NCBI GenBank assembly: GCA_903862425.1
Contig: CAIOYC010000027.1
Span: forward strand, 1-64,000
DNA from: an uncultured Caulobacterales bacterium
Lineage (GTDB): Bacteria; Pseudomonadota; Alphaproteobacteria; Caulobacterales; Caulobacteraceae
Length of the DNA: 64,000 nt
Direction of reading: 5' to 3'
Shown here: positions 8,361-17,623 of the stretch, piece after piece
Layout of the letters: every line of letters starts with the position of its first letter
How positions within the stretch are numbered: the stretch's first letter is position 1
The notes under the pieces: model-generated
What the model was told of the DNA's origin: nothing
The model's input: only the letters and a program-made list of their open reading frames with translations
Database searches by the model: none
Translations under genes and position numbers: made by a program

Positions 8361-9746
8361 TTACGGCAAGCCTTCTGGATCGTCCGCGCCCTTGTCTCGC
8401 TGCAGTCCCGCGCGCAGCCACTTGCCGAAAACCAGCGCGTAAAGCCCACCGGCGCCGACGATGGCGGCGTGCAGCACCCAGAAGGCCTGCGGGCTCATCA
8501 CCTCATAGAGGCCGCCGAGCCGCCCGCTGGTCAGGCTAGCGAAGAAAATGGCTGAGAAGTTCACTCCGGTCATGACGCCGCGCAGACCCGAGGGCGCAGC
8601 CTCTACGAACAGGGCCGCCATGATGGGTGTGAAATAGAGCCAGCCCAGATTGGATAACAGATGGAAGGCTACGGCCCATAGTATCGGCACGCGCGCCGGC
8701 CCCGCGAGCTGGTCGCCCAGCGCCAGCCACAGCGTTCCAGCGGCGAAGATCAGGCAGCCGGTCACCACCTTGCCGAGATCGTCCGGCTCGCTCCCGCGCT
8801 TCGCCTGCCAGCGCCAGAAGGCCAGCACGGGCGGCAGCATCACCAGCGGCGACAGCCCGTCCAGCGACTGCAGCCAGGGTATCGGCACGCTGAATGATCC
8901 CACCCGCATCTGCACGTGGTCGCGGACCCAGACATTGTAGACGTTCCAGACCTGCGACTGGGCGATATAGAAGGCCGCGGTGATGGGTACGAGAAAGAAG
9001 AGCGTGCGCAATCGCCGCCCTTCGTCCGGGCTCAGCTTCGGCCGCTCCGCCGCGCGGGCCCGGCGCCGGTCGGAGGGCAGTTCGCGGCCGCCCCACACGT
9101 AGATGAGCAGGCCGATCAGCATCCCGACCCCTGCGAAGCCGAAGGCGACATGCCAGCCCCAGCGCACCTGCAGGAATCCTGTCAGCAGGGGGGCTATGAA
9201 GGCGCCGGCATTGACCATGGAGTAGTAGATCTGGAAGGCGTCGGCCCGGCGGCGGTCGCCCAGCGCATAAAGGGTGTCGATCTGAGGCTGAAGGTTTCCA
9301 CGCAACGCCCCCGCGCCGAGGATCAGCAAGAGCATGGCCAGCAGGAACGAGGCGTCGAAGGCCATGGCGAAGTGGCCGGCCGTCATCAGCAGCGCGCCCA
9401 GCGCCACGGTGGCCCTGCGCCCCAACACGCGGTCGCCCAGCCATCCGCCGATCACCGGCGTCAGATAGACGAGCGCCACATAGAGGCCGAAAATCTGCGA
9501 GGCGAGGCCGATCACGGTCAGGGGACCGGTGACGCTCTCCACCCCGTGGCGGAAGGCGGCGAAACCCACGATCCGCTCCACATGGCCAGGCAGGAGCAGT
9601 TCCTCCACCATGTAGAGGGTGAGCAGCGCCTGCATGCCGTGGAAGGAGATACGGTCCCACAACTCCGTTCCCGCCAGCACATAGAGGCCGCGCGGGTGTC
9701 CGAAGCTCTGGCGAAGCGCGGGCGCGCTTTCGATTGTGTCCGCCAC
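8361..9746 (-). CDS. POT/PTR2-family proton-dependent peptide transporter (MFS)
   Basis: PTR2 signatures FHGMQALLTLYM and GGWLGDRVLGRRATVALGALLMTAGH. ~12 TM. Confidence 0.8.
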   Translation of the reverse strand: MADTIESAPALRQSFGHPRGLYVLAGTELWDRISFHGMQALLTLYMVEELLLPGHVERIVGFAAFRHGVESVTGPLTVIGLASQIFGLYVALVYLTPVIGGWLGDRVLGRRATVALGALLMTAGHFAMAFDASFLLAMLLLILGAGALRGNLQPQIDTLYALGDRRRADAFQIYYSMVNAGAFIAPLLTGFLQVRWGWHVAFGFAGVGMLIGLLIYVWGGRELPSDRRRARAAERPKLSPDEGRRLRTLFFLVPITAAFYIAQSQVWNVYNVWVRDHVQMRVGSFSVPIPWLQSLDGLSPLVMLPPVLAFWRWQAKRGSEPDDLGKVVTGCLIFAAGTLWLALGDQLAGPARVPILWAVAFHLLSNLGWLYFTPIMAALFVEAAPSGLRGVMTGVNFSAIFFASLTSGRLGGLYEVMSPQAFWVLHAAIVGAGGLYALVFGKWLRAGLQRDKGADDPEGLP

Positions 9747-9832
9747 GCCATCGCCCCCAGCCTGAGGCGACGCTAGTGTGCCGTAAGAGGCGCCGCAAGC
9801 GGGCGGGGCTCATAAGCAGATCGGGCGTCGGC

Positions 9833-10720
9833 ATGACCAGTGGAATGCGCGGGATTTCAGCTTTGGCGATGGCCACGGCTTTGCTGACGGGCGCTGGCGA
9901 CGTCCAGGCTCAAGCCCAGAAGGACAACGCGGACGTCAATCCGACCCCCAAGGCCGTACCCGATCCGGCAGCGGCCACGCCCAGGCCGATGCCGCGCGTG
10001 GAGGGCTATCTCGGCAAGGCGCGCATCCCCAACTCGATCGCCATCCTGCCGCCGCCGCCGGTGAAGGGCTCCACCCTCGATAACCTCGACAACGAGACCT
10101 ATGCCAAGACCCGAGCCCTGGCCGGGTCGGACCGCTGGAAGCTGGCGACCCGGGACGCCACCCAATACGTCCAGGCCTTCGACTGTCCTCTCGGCCTGAA
10201 ACTGGAGGACGGGCCGAAGGAGGTGGCGGTGTTGTTTTCGCGCGTGGCGCGCGATGCGTCGGCCATCACCAATCTGGCCAAGGATCACTTCAACCACCCC
10301 CGCCCCTTCATCGCGCCCAACGGGTCGGTATGTACGGAGGGTGACCGCGCCGGACTGATGAAGTCCTATTCCTACCCGTCTGGCCACACGACCTATAGCT
10401 GGGCCATGGGGCTGATCCTGGCGGAGATGGTCCCCGACCACGCCACCGAGATTCTGGCCCGCGCCCGGGCGTTCGGCGAAAGCCGCGTGGTGTGCGGCGT
10501 GCACACCGTATCGGACATCGAAGAGGGCCGGACCAACGGCTCGACCCTCGTGGCCGTGCTGCACTCGGACCCCGTGTTCCGCGCCGATCTCGAAACGGCA
10601 GCCAAGGCGCTGAAGGCCGCCATGGCCGCTCCCCACGCCGCGCCGGAAGCCGGTCAGTGCAAGATCGAAAAGGACGCTGAAGACCACACGCCCTGGATCA
10701 ACCCGACGGGCGTGAAATAG
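9833..10720 (+). CDS. Class A non-specific acid phosphatase (PAP2 superfamily), secreted
   Basis: Signal peptide MTSGMRGISALAMATALLTGAGDVQA. PAP2 motifs KDHFNHPRPF, PSGHT, SRVVCGVHTVSD. ATG 9833 chosen; ORF-track N-extension is Arg-rich. Confidence 0.8.
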   Translation: MTSGMRGISALAMATALLTGAGDVQAQAQKDNADVNPTPKAVPDPAAATPRPMPRVEGYLGKARIPNSIAILPPPPVKGSTLDNLDNETYAKTRALAGSDRWKLATRDATQYVQAFDCPLGLKLEDGPKEVAVLFSRVARDASAITNLAKDHFNHPRPFIAPNGSVCTEGDRAGLMKSYSYPSGHTTYSWAMGLILAEMVPDHATEILARARAFGESRVVCGVHTVSDIEEGRTNGSTLVAVLHSDPVFRADLETAAKALKAAMAAPHAAPEAGQCKIEKDAEDHTPWINPTGVK

Positions 10721-10727
10721 CGGCCAA

Positions 10728-10754
10728 GGCCTCCCCCGGCATGCGAGGGAGGCC
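10728..10754. terminator. Convergent-gene stem-loop (GGCCTCCC-N11-GGGAGGCC) between PAP2 and thiolase genes
   Basis: 8-bp perfect GC stem read from sequence, between two convergent stop codons. Confidence 0.45.
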
Positions 10755-10762
10755 GCTGCGTC

Positions 10763-11935
10763 CTACAGCCGTTCGACGATGGTCACGTTGGCGAGGCCGC
10801 CGCCTTCGCACATGGTCTGCAGACCATAGCGCTTGTTCTCCTGCTTCAGCGCGTTGACCAGGGTGGTCATCAGCTTGGTCCCCGAGCCGCCCAGCGGGTG
10901 GCCGAGCGCAATGGCCCCGCCGCGGCTGTTGAGCTTGGCGGGGTCGGCGTGGATCTGCTGCAGCCAGGCGGTAGGGACCGAGGCGAAGGCCTCGTTCACC
11001 TCATAGAGGTCGATCTCGTCGATCTTCATCCCGGCCTTTTCCAGCGCGCGCTGGGTGGCGGGGATCGGCGCTTCCAGCATGATCACCGGGTCGCCGCCGA
11101 GCACGGTCATATGATGGATGCGCGCCAGCGGCGTCGCGCCGAGCTTCTTCAGGCCCGCCTCGTTCACCACCATCACGCCCGAGGCGCCGTCGCAGATCTG
11201 GGAAGACGAAGCGGCGGTCAGCGATCCGCCCTCGGCCAGCAGCTTCACCGCCTTCATGGCCTCCAGCGAGGCCTCGAAGCGGATGCCCTCGTCCACGTCG
11301 TGGATCTGGATCGAGCCGTCTTCCAGCGTGACGGTCAGGGGAACGATCTCGTCCTTGAACGCCCCGGCCTGGGTCGCGGCGATAGCCTTCTGGTGAGAGT
11401 GGAAGGCGAACTCGTCGAGCTCCTCCTTGGAGAGGCCGTACTTCTTCGACATCATCTCAGCACCGACGAACTGGCTGAACTGGATGCCGGGCCAACGCTT
11501 CTGAAGTTCGGGCGACATGTAATTGCCGAAGCCGTTCTTGGCCGGCAGGGCCGCCGAAAGACCCATAGGCACGCGGGTCATGCTTTCGACGCCCGAGGCG
11601 ATCACCACGTCCATGGCGCCGCTCATCACCGCCTGGGCGGCGAAGTGCAGGGCCTGCTGGGATGAGCCGCACTGGCGGTCGACGCTCGTGCCGGGGGTGG
11701 TCAGCGGCAGGCGCGAGGCCATCACCGCGTTGCGCGCCACGTTGATGGCCTGCTCGCCCACCTGGCTGACGCAGCCCATGATCACATCCTCGACCAGGGC
11801 CGGATCGGCGCCCGAACGGTCGAGAAGGCTGTCGATCACCTGGGCGGCGAGATCAACCGGATGCCAGTCCTTCAGCCGCCCGCCCTTGCGGCCTCCGGCG
11901 GTGCGAGCGGTAGCGACGATATAGGCTTCAGCCAC
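10763..11935 (-). CDS. Acetyl-CoA C-acyltransferase (thiolase II)
   Basis: Thiolase signatures, C-terminal CEGGGLANVTIVERL. Start re-set to GTG (VAEAYIV) preceded by AGGAGG 7 nt upstream. ORF-track start 12097 over-extends. Confidence 0.9.
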   Translation of the reverse strand: MAEAYIVATARTAGGRKGGRLKDWHPVDLAAQVIDSLLDRSGADPALVEDVIMGCVSQVGEQAINVARNAVMASRLPLTTPGTSVDRQCGSSQQALHFAAQAVMSGAMDVVIASGVESMTRVPMGLSAALPAKNGFGNYMSPELQKRWPGIQFSQFVGAEMMSKKYGLSKEELDEFAFHSHQKAIAATQAGAFKDEIVPLTVTLEDGSIQIHDVDEGIRFEASLEAMKAVKLLAEGGSLTAASSSQICDGASGVMVVNEAGLKKLGATPLARIHHMTVLGGDPVIMLEAPIPATQRALEKAGMKIDEIDLYEVNEAFASVPTAWLQQIHADPAKLNSRGGAIALGHPLGGSGTKLMTTLVNALKQENKRYGLQTMCEGGGLANVTIVERL

Positions 11936-12121
11936 GGTGGGTCCTCCTGCAACGAGCCTTTCATATAATATGATGCCCGTCATGTTAAAGCTCTTCCCTA
12001 TTGAGCCGCACTGACGCCACGGCAGGCAAGAGGCGCAAGCGTGGCCGGTCGCGAAGACGTGATCCTCGGGCCGATTGTGCGCCGCATCATCGCGCATAGG
12101 TAAGGTTCTGGCCGCTCATCC

Positions 12122-14173
12122 ATGGGGCGATTGTCGCCCTCAGGCGGCCAGATGGGGCCATCCATGTCTTCCATATCCGCGCTCTGGCCGATCCTCGGCT
12201 GGACGCTTTTGGCTGTCTGCGTCACGGCGGTGTTCATCCGCGTGTCCGGCGCGATCCGCTATATCTCCAACAACCGACTGGCCGTGGTCGAGAAGCTATG
12301 GGCCGGTCGAGGCTCGATCAAATCCGGCCTGATCGCCCTGCACGGCGAGGCCGGCTTCCAACCCGACACCCTGCGCGGCGGCGTGCACTTCTTCACCCCG
12401 TTCCAATATCGTCTGCACGTCCAGCCGCTGGTGACGATCCCGCAGGGACGGATCGGCTATGTGTTCGCGCGTGACGGCATGCCGCTCGGCTCGGACCAGA
12501 CCCTGGCCGCCAACCCGGAGGACGCCGACTTTCAGGACGTGCGCGCCTTCCTGACGCACGGCGGGCAGAAGGGTCCGCAACGCAAGGTGCTGCGAGAGGG
12601 CGCCTACGCCATCAACCTCGCCCAGTTCGTGGTGGTGACCAAGGACCGCATCTTCGCCCTGGCCCTCGAGCGTGAGGAGGCGGGGCTGCTCGCCCAGATG
12701 GCGGAAGTGATCGAGGCGCGCGGCGGCTTCGAACCGGTGGTGCTGCGCGATGCGGACGACCAGATCGGCGTTGTGACGATCCACGACGGTCCAGCCCTGG
12801 CCCAGGGCGAGATCATCGCCCCGACCGTGGGCGTCGATCCGGCCGAGGTCGCGACCTTCCACAACTCGTTCCAGGACCCCGGCAAGTTCCTCGCCGCCGG
12901 CGGCCGTCGCGGTCGTCAGCTGCAGGTGCTGGTGGAGGGCACCTATTACCTGAACCGGCTGTTCGCCACGGTGGAGCGGATCAACAAGACCGTGGTCGAG
13001 GTCGGCCAGGTGGGCGTGGTGGTGTCCTATACGGGCGCGCTCGGCGTCGATACCTCGGGCGAGGCCTACCGCCACGGCGAGCTGGTCGCCAATGGCCAGC
13101 GCGGCGTCTGGGCCGATCCGCTTTTGCCTGGCAAGTACGCCTTCAACACCTATGCCGGGCGGGTGACCATGGTCCCTACCACCAACTTCATCCTGAAGTG
13201 GGAGACCAGCGTCACGGGTAGCCACCGCTTCGACGAGAACCTGGCCGAGGTGTCGCTGATCACCCGCGACGCCTTCGAGCCCAGCCTGCCGGTCTCGGTC
13301 GTGGTTCATATCGACTACCGCAAGGCGCCGCTGGTCATCCAACGGTTCGGCGACATCAAGAAGCTGGTGGAGCAAACCCTCGATCCCATGGTTTCGGCCT
13401 ACTTCAAGAACGTCGGCCAGACCCGGACCCTGATCGAACTGCTGCAGGACCGCAGCGCCATCCAGGATGTCTCGTCCATGGAGATGCGGGCCAAGTTCGC
13501 GCTCTACTCGCTCGAACTGCAGGAGGTGCTGATCGGCACACCGCGTCCGGCCGCGGGGGGCGACGACCAGATCGAGCGCATCCTGACCCAGCTTCGCCAG
13601 CGCCAGATCGCCGACGAGCAGGTGGGCACCTATGCCCGCCAGAAGCTCGCCGCCGACAAGGAACGCGAGCTCAGGGAGGCGCAGGCCCGGGCCGAGCAAC
13701 AGACCGCCATCACCCAGTCGGAACTGTCGATTCAGGTGCAGGCCAATGCCGGTAGGGCCAATCTGGCCCGCTCCGAACAGGAAGCCGACCAGACCCGCAC
13801 CCTGGCCAAGGCCGAGGCAGACCGCATGAAGCTGCTCGGCGAAGGCGAGGCTAAACGCGTGGTGGCTCTGGCGGCGGCCGAGGCGGAAAAGGTGACCAAG
13901 GTCGGGCTGGCCCAGGCCGAGGCGATCAAGAGCCAGGTCGAGGCCTCGGGCGGGGCGCGCTACCAGCTGGCCCGCCAGGTAGCCGACCGCTTCGCCCAGG
14001 CGCTGGAGACCTCCGGCGTGGATGTGGTGCCCAAGGTGTCGATCTCCGGCGCCGACGGCTCGGGCATGGGCGGCGGAGGCGTTGTGCAGGCCCTGCTCAC
14101 CATGCTGATGGCCGAACGCCTCGACCTGCCGGTGGTGGGCGAAGAGCCGAAGCGGGCCGAGCCCGTCGAATAG
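12122..14173 (+). CDS. Flotillin-like SPFH/band-7 membrane protein (YqiK-like) with long C-terminal coiled coil
   Basis: N-terminal TM. SPFH-domain region. Long Ala/Glu/Gln-rich coiled coil (AAEAEKVTKVGLAQAEAIKSQ) and Gly-rich tail. Start could be 12152 or 12164. Confidence 0.75.
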   Translation: MGRLSPSGGQMGPSMSSISALWPILGWTLLAVCVTAVFIRVSGAIRYISNNRLAVVEKLWAGRGSIKSGLIALHGEAGFQPDTLRGGVHFFTPFQYRLHVQPLVTIPQGRIGYVFARDGMPLGSDQTLAANPEDADFQDVRAFLTHGGQKGPQRKVLREGAYAINLAQFVVVTKDRIFALALEREEAGLLAQMAEVIEARGGFEPVVLRDADDQIGVVTIHDGPALAQGEIIAPTVGVDPAEVATFHNSFQDPGKFLAAGGRRGRQLQVLVEGTYYLNRLFATVERINKTVVEVGQVGVVVSYTGALGVDTSGEAYRHGELVANGQRGVWADPLLPGKYAFNTYAGRVTMVPTTNFILKWETSVTGSHRFDENLAEVSLITRDAFEPSLPVSVVVHIDYRKAPLVIQRFGDIKKLVEQTLDPMVSAYFKNVGQTRTLIELLQDRSAIQDVSSMEMRAKFALYSLELQEVLIGTPRPAAGGDDQIERILTQLRQRQIADEQVGTYARQKLAADKERELREAQARAEQQTAITQSELSIQVQANAGRANLARSEQEADQTRTLAKAEADRMKLLGEGEAKRVVALAAAEAEKVTKVGLAQAEAIKSQVEASGGARYQLARQVADRFAQALETSGVDVVPKVSISGADGSGMGGGGVVQALLTMLMAERLDLPVVGEEPKRAEPVE

Positions 14174-14187
14174 CGCTCGACCAGGAA

Positions 14188-14216
14188 GGGCCGGCTCGCA
14201 AGGGCCGGCCCTTTTT
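14188..14216 (+). terminator. Rho-independent terminator (GGGCCGGC-loop-GCCGGCCC followed by TTTTT) after the flotillin-like gene
   Basis: Perfect 8-bp GC stem plus T5 run read from sequence. Confidence 0.7.
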
Positions 14217-14266
14217 GCTGCGGGCAGCGCTCGCTTCGCGTATAGCCAAGCTTTCCGATTGGAGGG

Positions 14267-15241
14267 GTGGCCATGCGAAAGCTGATCGGTCTGGCGACGC
14301 TGTTGCTGGTGCCTTTGGCCGCGTGTTCGCAATCGAAGCCCAAGGAGAGCCCAGCCCTGGCCTGGGCCTATCCGCGCGCCGCCTCACCCAACATCCCCAA
14401 CCTCGGCCCTGGGCCCTTCAAGGCCCCGGGCAGCGCCCGGACCGCTACTCTCGCCGAAGTGATGGACGACAAGAACCCGGTAGACTGGTTTCCCGGCGAG
14501 CACCCGCCCACCCCGACCGTGGTCGCACACAAACAGAAGGGTGGGCCGACGCCCTGCGCCGAATGCCACCTCTATGACGGCCACGGTTTCCTAGGCGCCG
14601 CCGATCTGGCCGGCCTGCCCGCAGCCTATATCATCGAGCAGGTGCAGGCCTTCCGGAGCGGCGACCGCCAATCGTCCCAGCAGCCCGACCGGCCGGACAC
14701 CACGGAAATGATCAAGGTCGCCAGGCAGGTCTCCGACACCGATCTCGCCGCGGCCGCCGCCTGGTTCGCGGCCCTGCCCCGCCATCCCTTCGTCCGCGTG
14801 GTGGAGAGCGACACCGCGCCGAAGACCCTGCCCAGCGCCTATGGCCTGCTCGACATGGCCCCAGGCGGAGGGACGGAGCCGCTGGCCGGACGCATCGTCG
14901 AGGTCACCGAGGACGAGAAGCGCCTCTATCTCGCCGATCCGCACGTCGGGTTCGTCGCCTATGTGCCGCCTGGCGCAGTGGCGCGAGGCGCGGCGTTGGT
15001 AAAGAGCGGCGGCCCCAACGGCCAGCCCTGCGCAGGCTGCCATGGCAAGGAACTTAAGGGCCAAGGCCCCGCCCCGCCCCTCGCCGGACGCGCGCCCACC
15101 TACCTCGCCCGCATGTTGTGGGACATCAAGACCGGCGCGCGCGGCGGGCCGACCGTCGCGCAGATGAAGGGCCCGGCCTCCGGTCTGAACGAGGCGCAGA
15201 TCACCGATGTGGTCGCCTATCTGGCGTCCCTGCATCCCTGA
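14267..15241 (+). CDS. Diheme c-type cytochrome, lipoprotein
   Basis: Lipobox LVPLAAC. Two heme-binding CXXCH motifs (CAECH, CAGCH). Confidence 0.7.
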   Translation: MAMRKLIGLATLLLVPLAACSQSKPKESPALAWAYPRAASPNIPNLGPGPFKAPGSARTATLAEVMDDKNPVDWFPGEHPPTPTVVAHKQKGGPTPCAECHLYDGHGFLGAADLAGLPAAYIIEQVQAFRSGDRQSSQQPDRPDTTEMIKVARQVSDTDLAAAAAWFAALPRHPFVRVVESDTAPKTLPSAYGLLDMAPGGGTEPLAGRIVEVTEDEKRLYLADPHVGFVAYVPPGAVARGAALVKSGGPNGQPCAGCHGKELKGQGPAPPLAGRAPTYLARMLWDIKTGARGGPTVAQMKGPASGLNEAQITDVVAYLASLHP

Positions 15242-15256
15242 GGCTAAGCCTAGGCC

Positions 15257-17623
15257 ATGCGCACCCTCGCTCTCGCCGCTCCCATTCTTGCCCTTGGCGC
15301 CTTGCTGATGATCACGCCCGCCCTCGCCTCCGAACCGCTGACGCCGGAACGCGCCTTCGCCAGCCCGGCCCTGTCGGGACCGGCGGCGCGGAGCGTGGAG
15401 GTATCGCCGGACGGTCGGTTCGTCACCTTCCTGAAGCCCGAGCCCACCAACCAGTACAAGCTCGACCTGTGGGCGATGCCGGCCGCGGGCGGTCCGGCCA
15501 AGCTGCTGGTTTCGGGCGAGGCGGTGGAGCCCTCGGGCAAGACGATTTCCGACGAGGAGAAGGCCCGTCGCGAGCGCCAGCGCATCGCCGCCGTCTCGGG
15601 CGTGGTGGACTATCACTGGGACGAGACCGGCGAACACATCCTGATCCCCGCCGGCGGCGCGCTCTATCTCGCCGATGCCGCCACCGGACAGGTTAAGAAG
15701 CTCGACGTGGCCGCCGGCGCCACCGACGCCAAGGTCTCGCCGCTGGGCCTCTATGCCAGCTATGTGCGCGACCAGAACCTCTACCTGATCCCCCTCGCCG
15801 GCGGCCCGGAGCGGGCGATCACCACCGAGGGCAAGGGCGCGATCAGCTTCGGCGTGGCCGAGTTCGTCGCCCAGGAGGAGATGGGGCGTTATACCGGCTA
15901 CTGGTGGGCGCCCGGCGACCACGCCATCGCCTTCACCCGCGTGGACGAGACCCCGGTGAAGCTCGTCGATCGGCTGGAGATCGGCGCAGAAGGCTCCAAG
16001 GTCGTCACCCAGCGCTATCCGCGCCCGGGCGAGCCCAACGCCATCGTCCAGCTCTATGTGCAGGGCATCGAGCCGGGCGCCAAACCCGTGAAGGTCGATC
16101 TCGGCTCCGACGCCGACATCTATCTAACGCGGGTGAACTGGTCGAAGGACGGCAAGGACATCTATGTCCAGCGCCAGAGCCGCGACCAGCAGACCCTGGA
16201 TCTGCTGCGCGTCGATCCGGCCACCGGGGCGGCCAAGGTGATCGTGCACGAGCATCAGACGCCGTGGATACATCTCACCGACGACATGCACCCGCTGGCG
16301 GACGGCGACTTCCTTTGGGGTTCGCAACGGTCGGGGGCCAACCAGCTCTACCTCTATCACCGCGACGGGACGCTGGTCCGGCAGGTGACCTTCGGCGAAC
16401 AGCCGAGCGCGGGCGGCGGCGGCGGGGCGGGAACGCACGCTCCGGGTCTGGCCGGGGTCGATGAGGCCACGGGGCTGGTCTATTACATGGCCTCGGCCGA
16501 GACGCCGATCGAACGGCATCTGTATGTCGCGTCCTACCGCACGCCGGGCAAGCCGAAGCGGATCACCGAGGGGCATGGCTGGTGGACGGCGGTGCTGCCC
16601 AAATCGTCGAGCGTGTTCGTCGGTTACTATTCGGACCCTCAGACACCGCCGCAATCCGCTCTCTACGACATCTCCGGCAAGCGCCTCCAGTGGATCGAGG
16701 AGAACCGCCTCAGCCCGGGCCACCCCTTCGCGCCCTATGCCGACCGCTATCCCACCGCCGAGTTCGGCACGCTGAACGCGGCCGACGGACAGGCCCTGCA
16801 CTACATCCTGCAAAAGCCGGTCGGGTTCGATCCGGCGAAAAAATATCCAGTCATCGTCGAAGTCTATGGGGGACCCGGCGTGCAGTCTGTCACCCGGGCC
16901 TGGCGCAACGTGAACGAGAAGCTCTACCTGGAGGCCGGCTATGTCCTGTTCCAGCTCGACAACCGGGGCTCAACCAACCGGGCTTTCAAGTTCGAGTCGC
17001 CGATCTTCCACCGCATGGGATCGGTAGAGGTGGACGACCAGGTGACCGGCATCGACTGGCTGCGCACCCAGCCCTTCATAGATCCCACCCGCATCGGCGT
17101 GTCCGGCTGGTCCTATGGCGGCTACATGACTCTGGCCATGCTGTGCGATCCGCGCACGGGGCTGAAGGCGGGCGCGGCGGGCGCTCCGCCCACCGACTGG
17201 CGAGAGTATGACACCCATTATACCGAGCGCTATATGGGTGATCCGCGTACGGACAAAGCAGCTTATGACGCTGCTGCCATTATCCCGCGCCTGCCCAGGC
17301 TATCGGGTCGTCTTCTGCTGCTGCAGGGCATGGCCGACGACAATGTGCAGTTCTCCAACTCCATCGCAGTGATGGCGGCCTTGCAGGCGCACGGCCATCC
17401 CTTCGACCTGATGCTCTATCCCGGCCAACGCCACGGCATCCAGACCGAGCCGCGGCAACTGCAGCTATGGCGCACCTTTCTTCAGTTCTTCGCCCGCGAA
17501 CTCCGCGGCGCCGCGCCGGCGGTCCCCGCCCCGACCGCCAGCGCGCCCATTAAGGCCAGGCAGGTCGCAAGCTCGCCCGGCGCGAAGACCACCGAGAGCA
17601 CCGGCGAGGTCAGCAGCAGATAG
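15257..17623 (+). CDS. S9-family dipeptidyl aminopeptidase (DPP-IV-like; beta-propeller + alpha/beta hydrolase)
   Basis: Signal peptide. Catalytic Ser motif GWSYGGYMT, Asp (LLLQGMADDNV), His (GQRHGI). Starts 15 nt after the cytochrome c gene. Confidence 0.85.
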   Translation: MRTLALAAPILALGALLMITPALASEPLTPERAFASPALSGPAARSVEVSPDGRFVTFLKPEPTNQYKLDLWAMPAAGGPAKLLVSGEAVEPSGKTISDEEKARRERQRIAAVSGVVDYHWDETGEHILIPAGGALYLADAATGQVKKLDVAAGATDAKVSPLGLYASYVRDQNLYLIPLAGGPERAITTEGKGAISFGVAEFVAQEEMGRYTGYWWAPGDHAIAFTRVDETPVKLVDRLEIGAEGSKVVTQRYPRPGEPNAIVQLYVQGIEPGAKPVKVDLGSDADIYLTRVNWSKDGKDIYVQRQSRDQQTLDLLRVDPATGAAKVIVHEHQTPWIHLTDDMHPLADGDFLWGSQRSGANQLYLYHRDGTLVRQVTFGEQPSAGGGGGAGTHAPGLAGVDEATGLVYYMASAETPIERHLYVASYRTPGKPKRITEGHGWWTAVLPKSSSVFVGYYSDPQTPPQSALYDISGKRLQWIEENRLSPGHPFAPYADRYPTAEFGTLNAADGQALHYILQKPVGFDPAKKYPVIVEVYGGPGVQSVTRAWRNVNEKLYLEAGYVLFQLDNRGSTNRAFKFESPIFHRMGSVEVDDQVTGIDWLRTQPFIDPTRIGVSGWSYGGYMTLAMLCDPRTGLKAGAAGAPPTDWREYDTHYTERYMGDPRTDKAAYDAAAIIPRLPRLSGRLLLLQGMADDNVQFSNSIAVMAALQAHGHPFDLMLYPGQRHGIQTEPRQLQLWRTFLQFFARELRGAAPAVPAPTASAPIKARQVASSPGAKTTESTGEVSSR

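Noticed and set aside
8536-9876. 446-aa ORF overlapping the POT transporter gene in another frame
   Set aside because: Arg/Gly/Pro-rich. No motifs. The in-frame POT ORF has clear family signatures.
12296-14332. 678-aa antisense ORF opposite the flotillin-like gene
   Set aside because: Low-complexity GC artefact. Sense strand has the SPFH/coiled-coil protein.
16823-16836. tRNA T-arm-like string gggttcgatccgg
   Set aside because: Lies inside the S9 peptidase CDS with no acceptor/anticodon arm context. No tRNA genes detected anywhere in the window.
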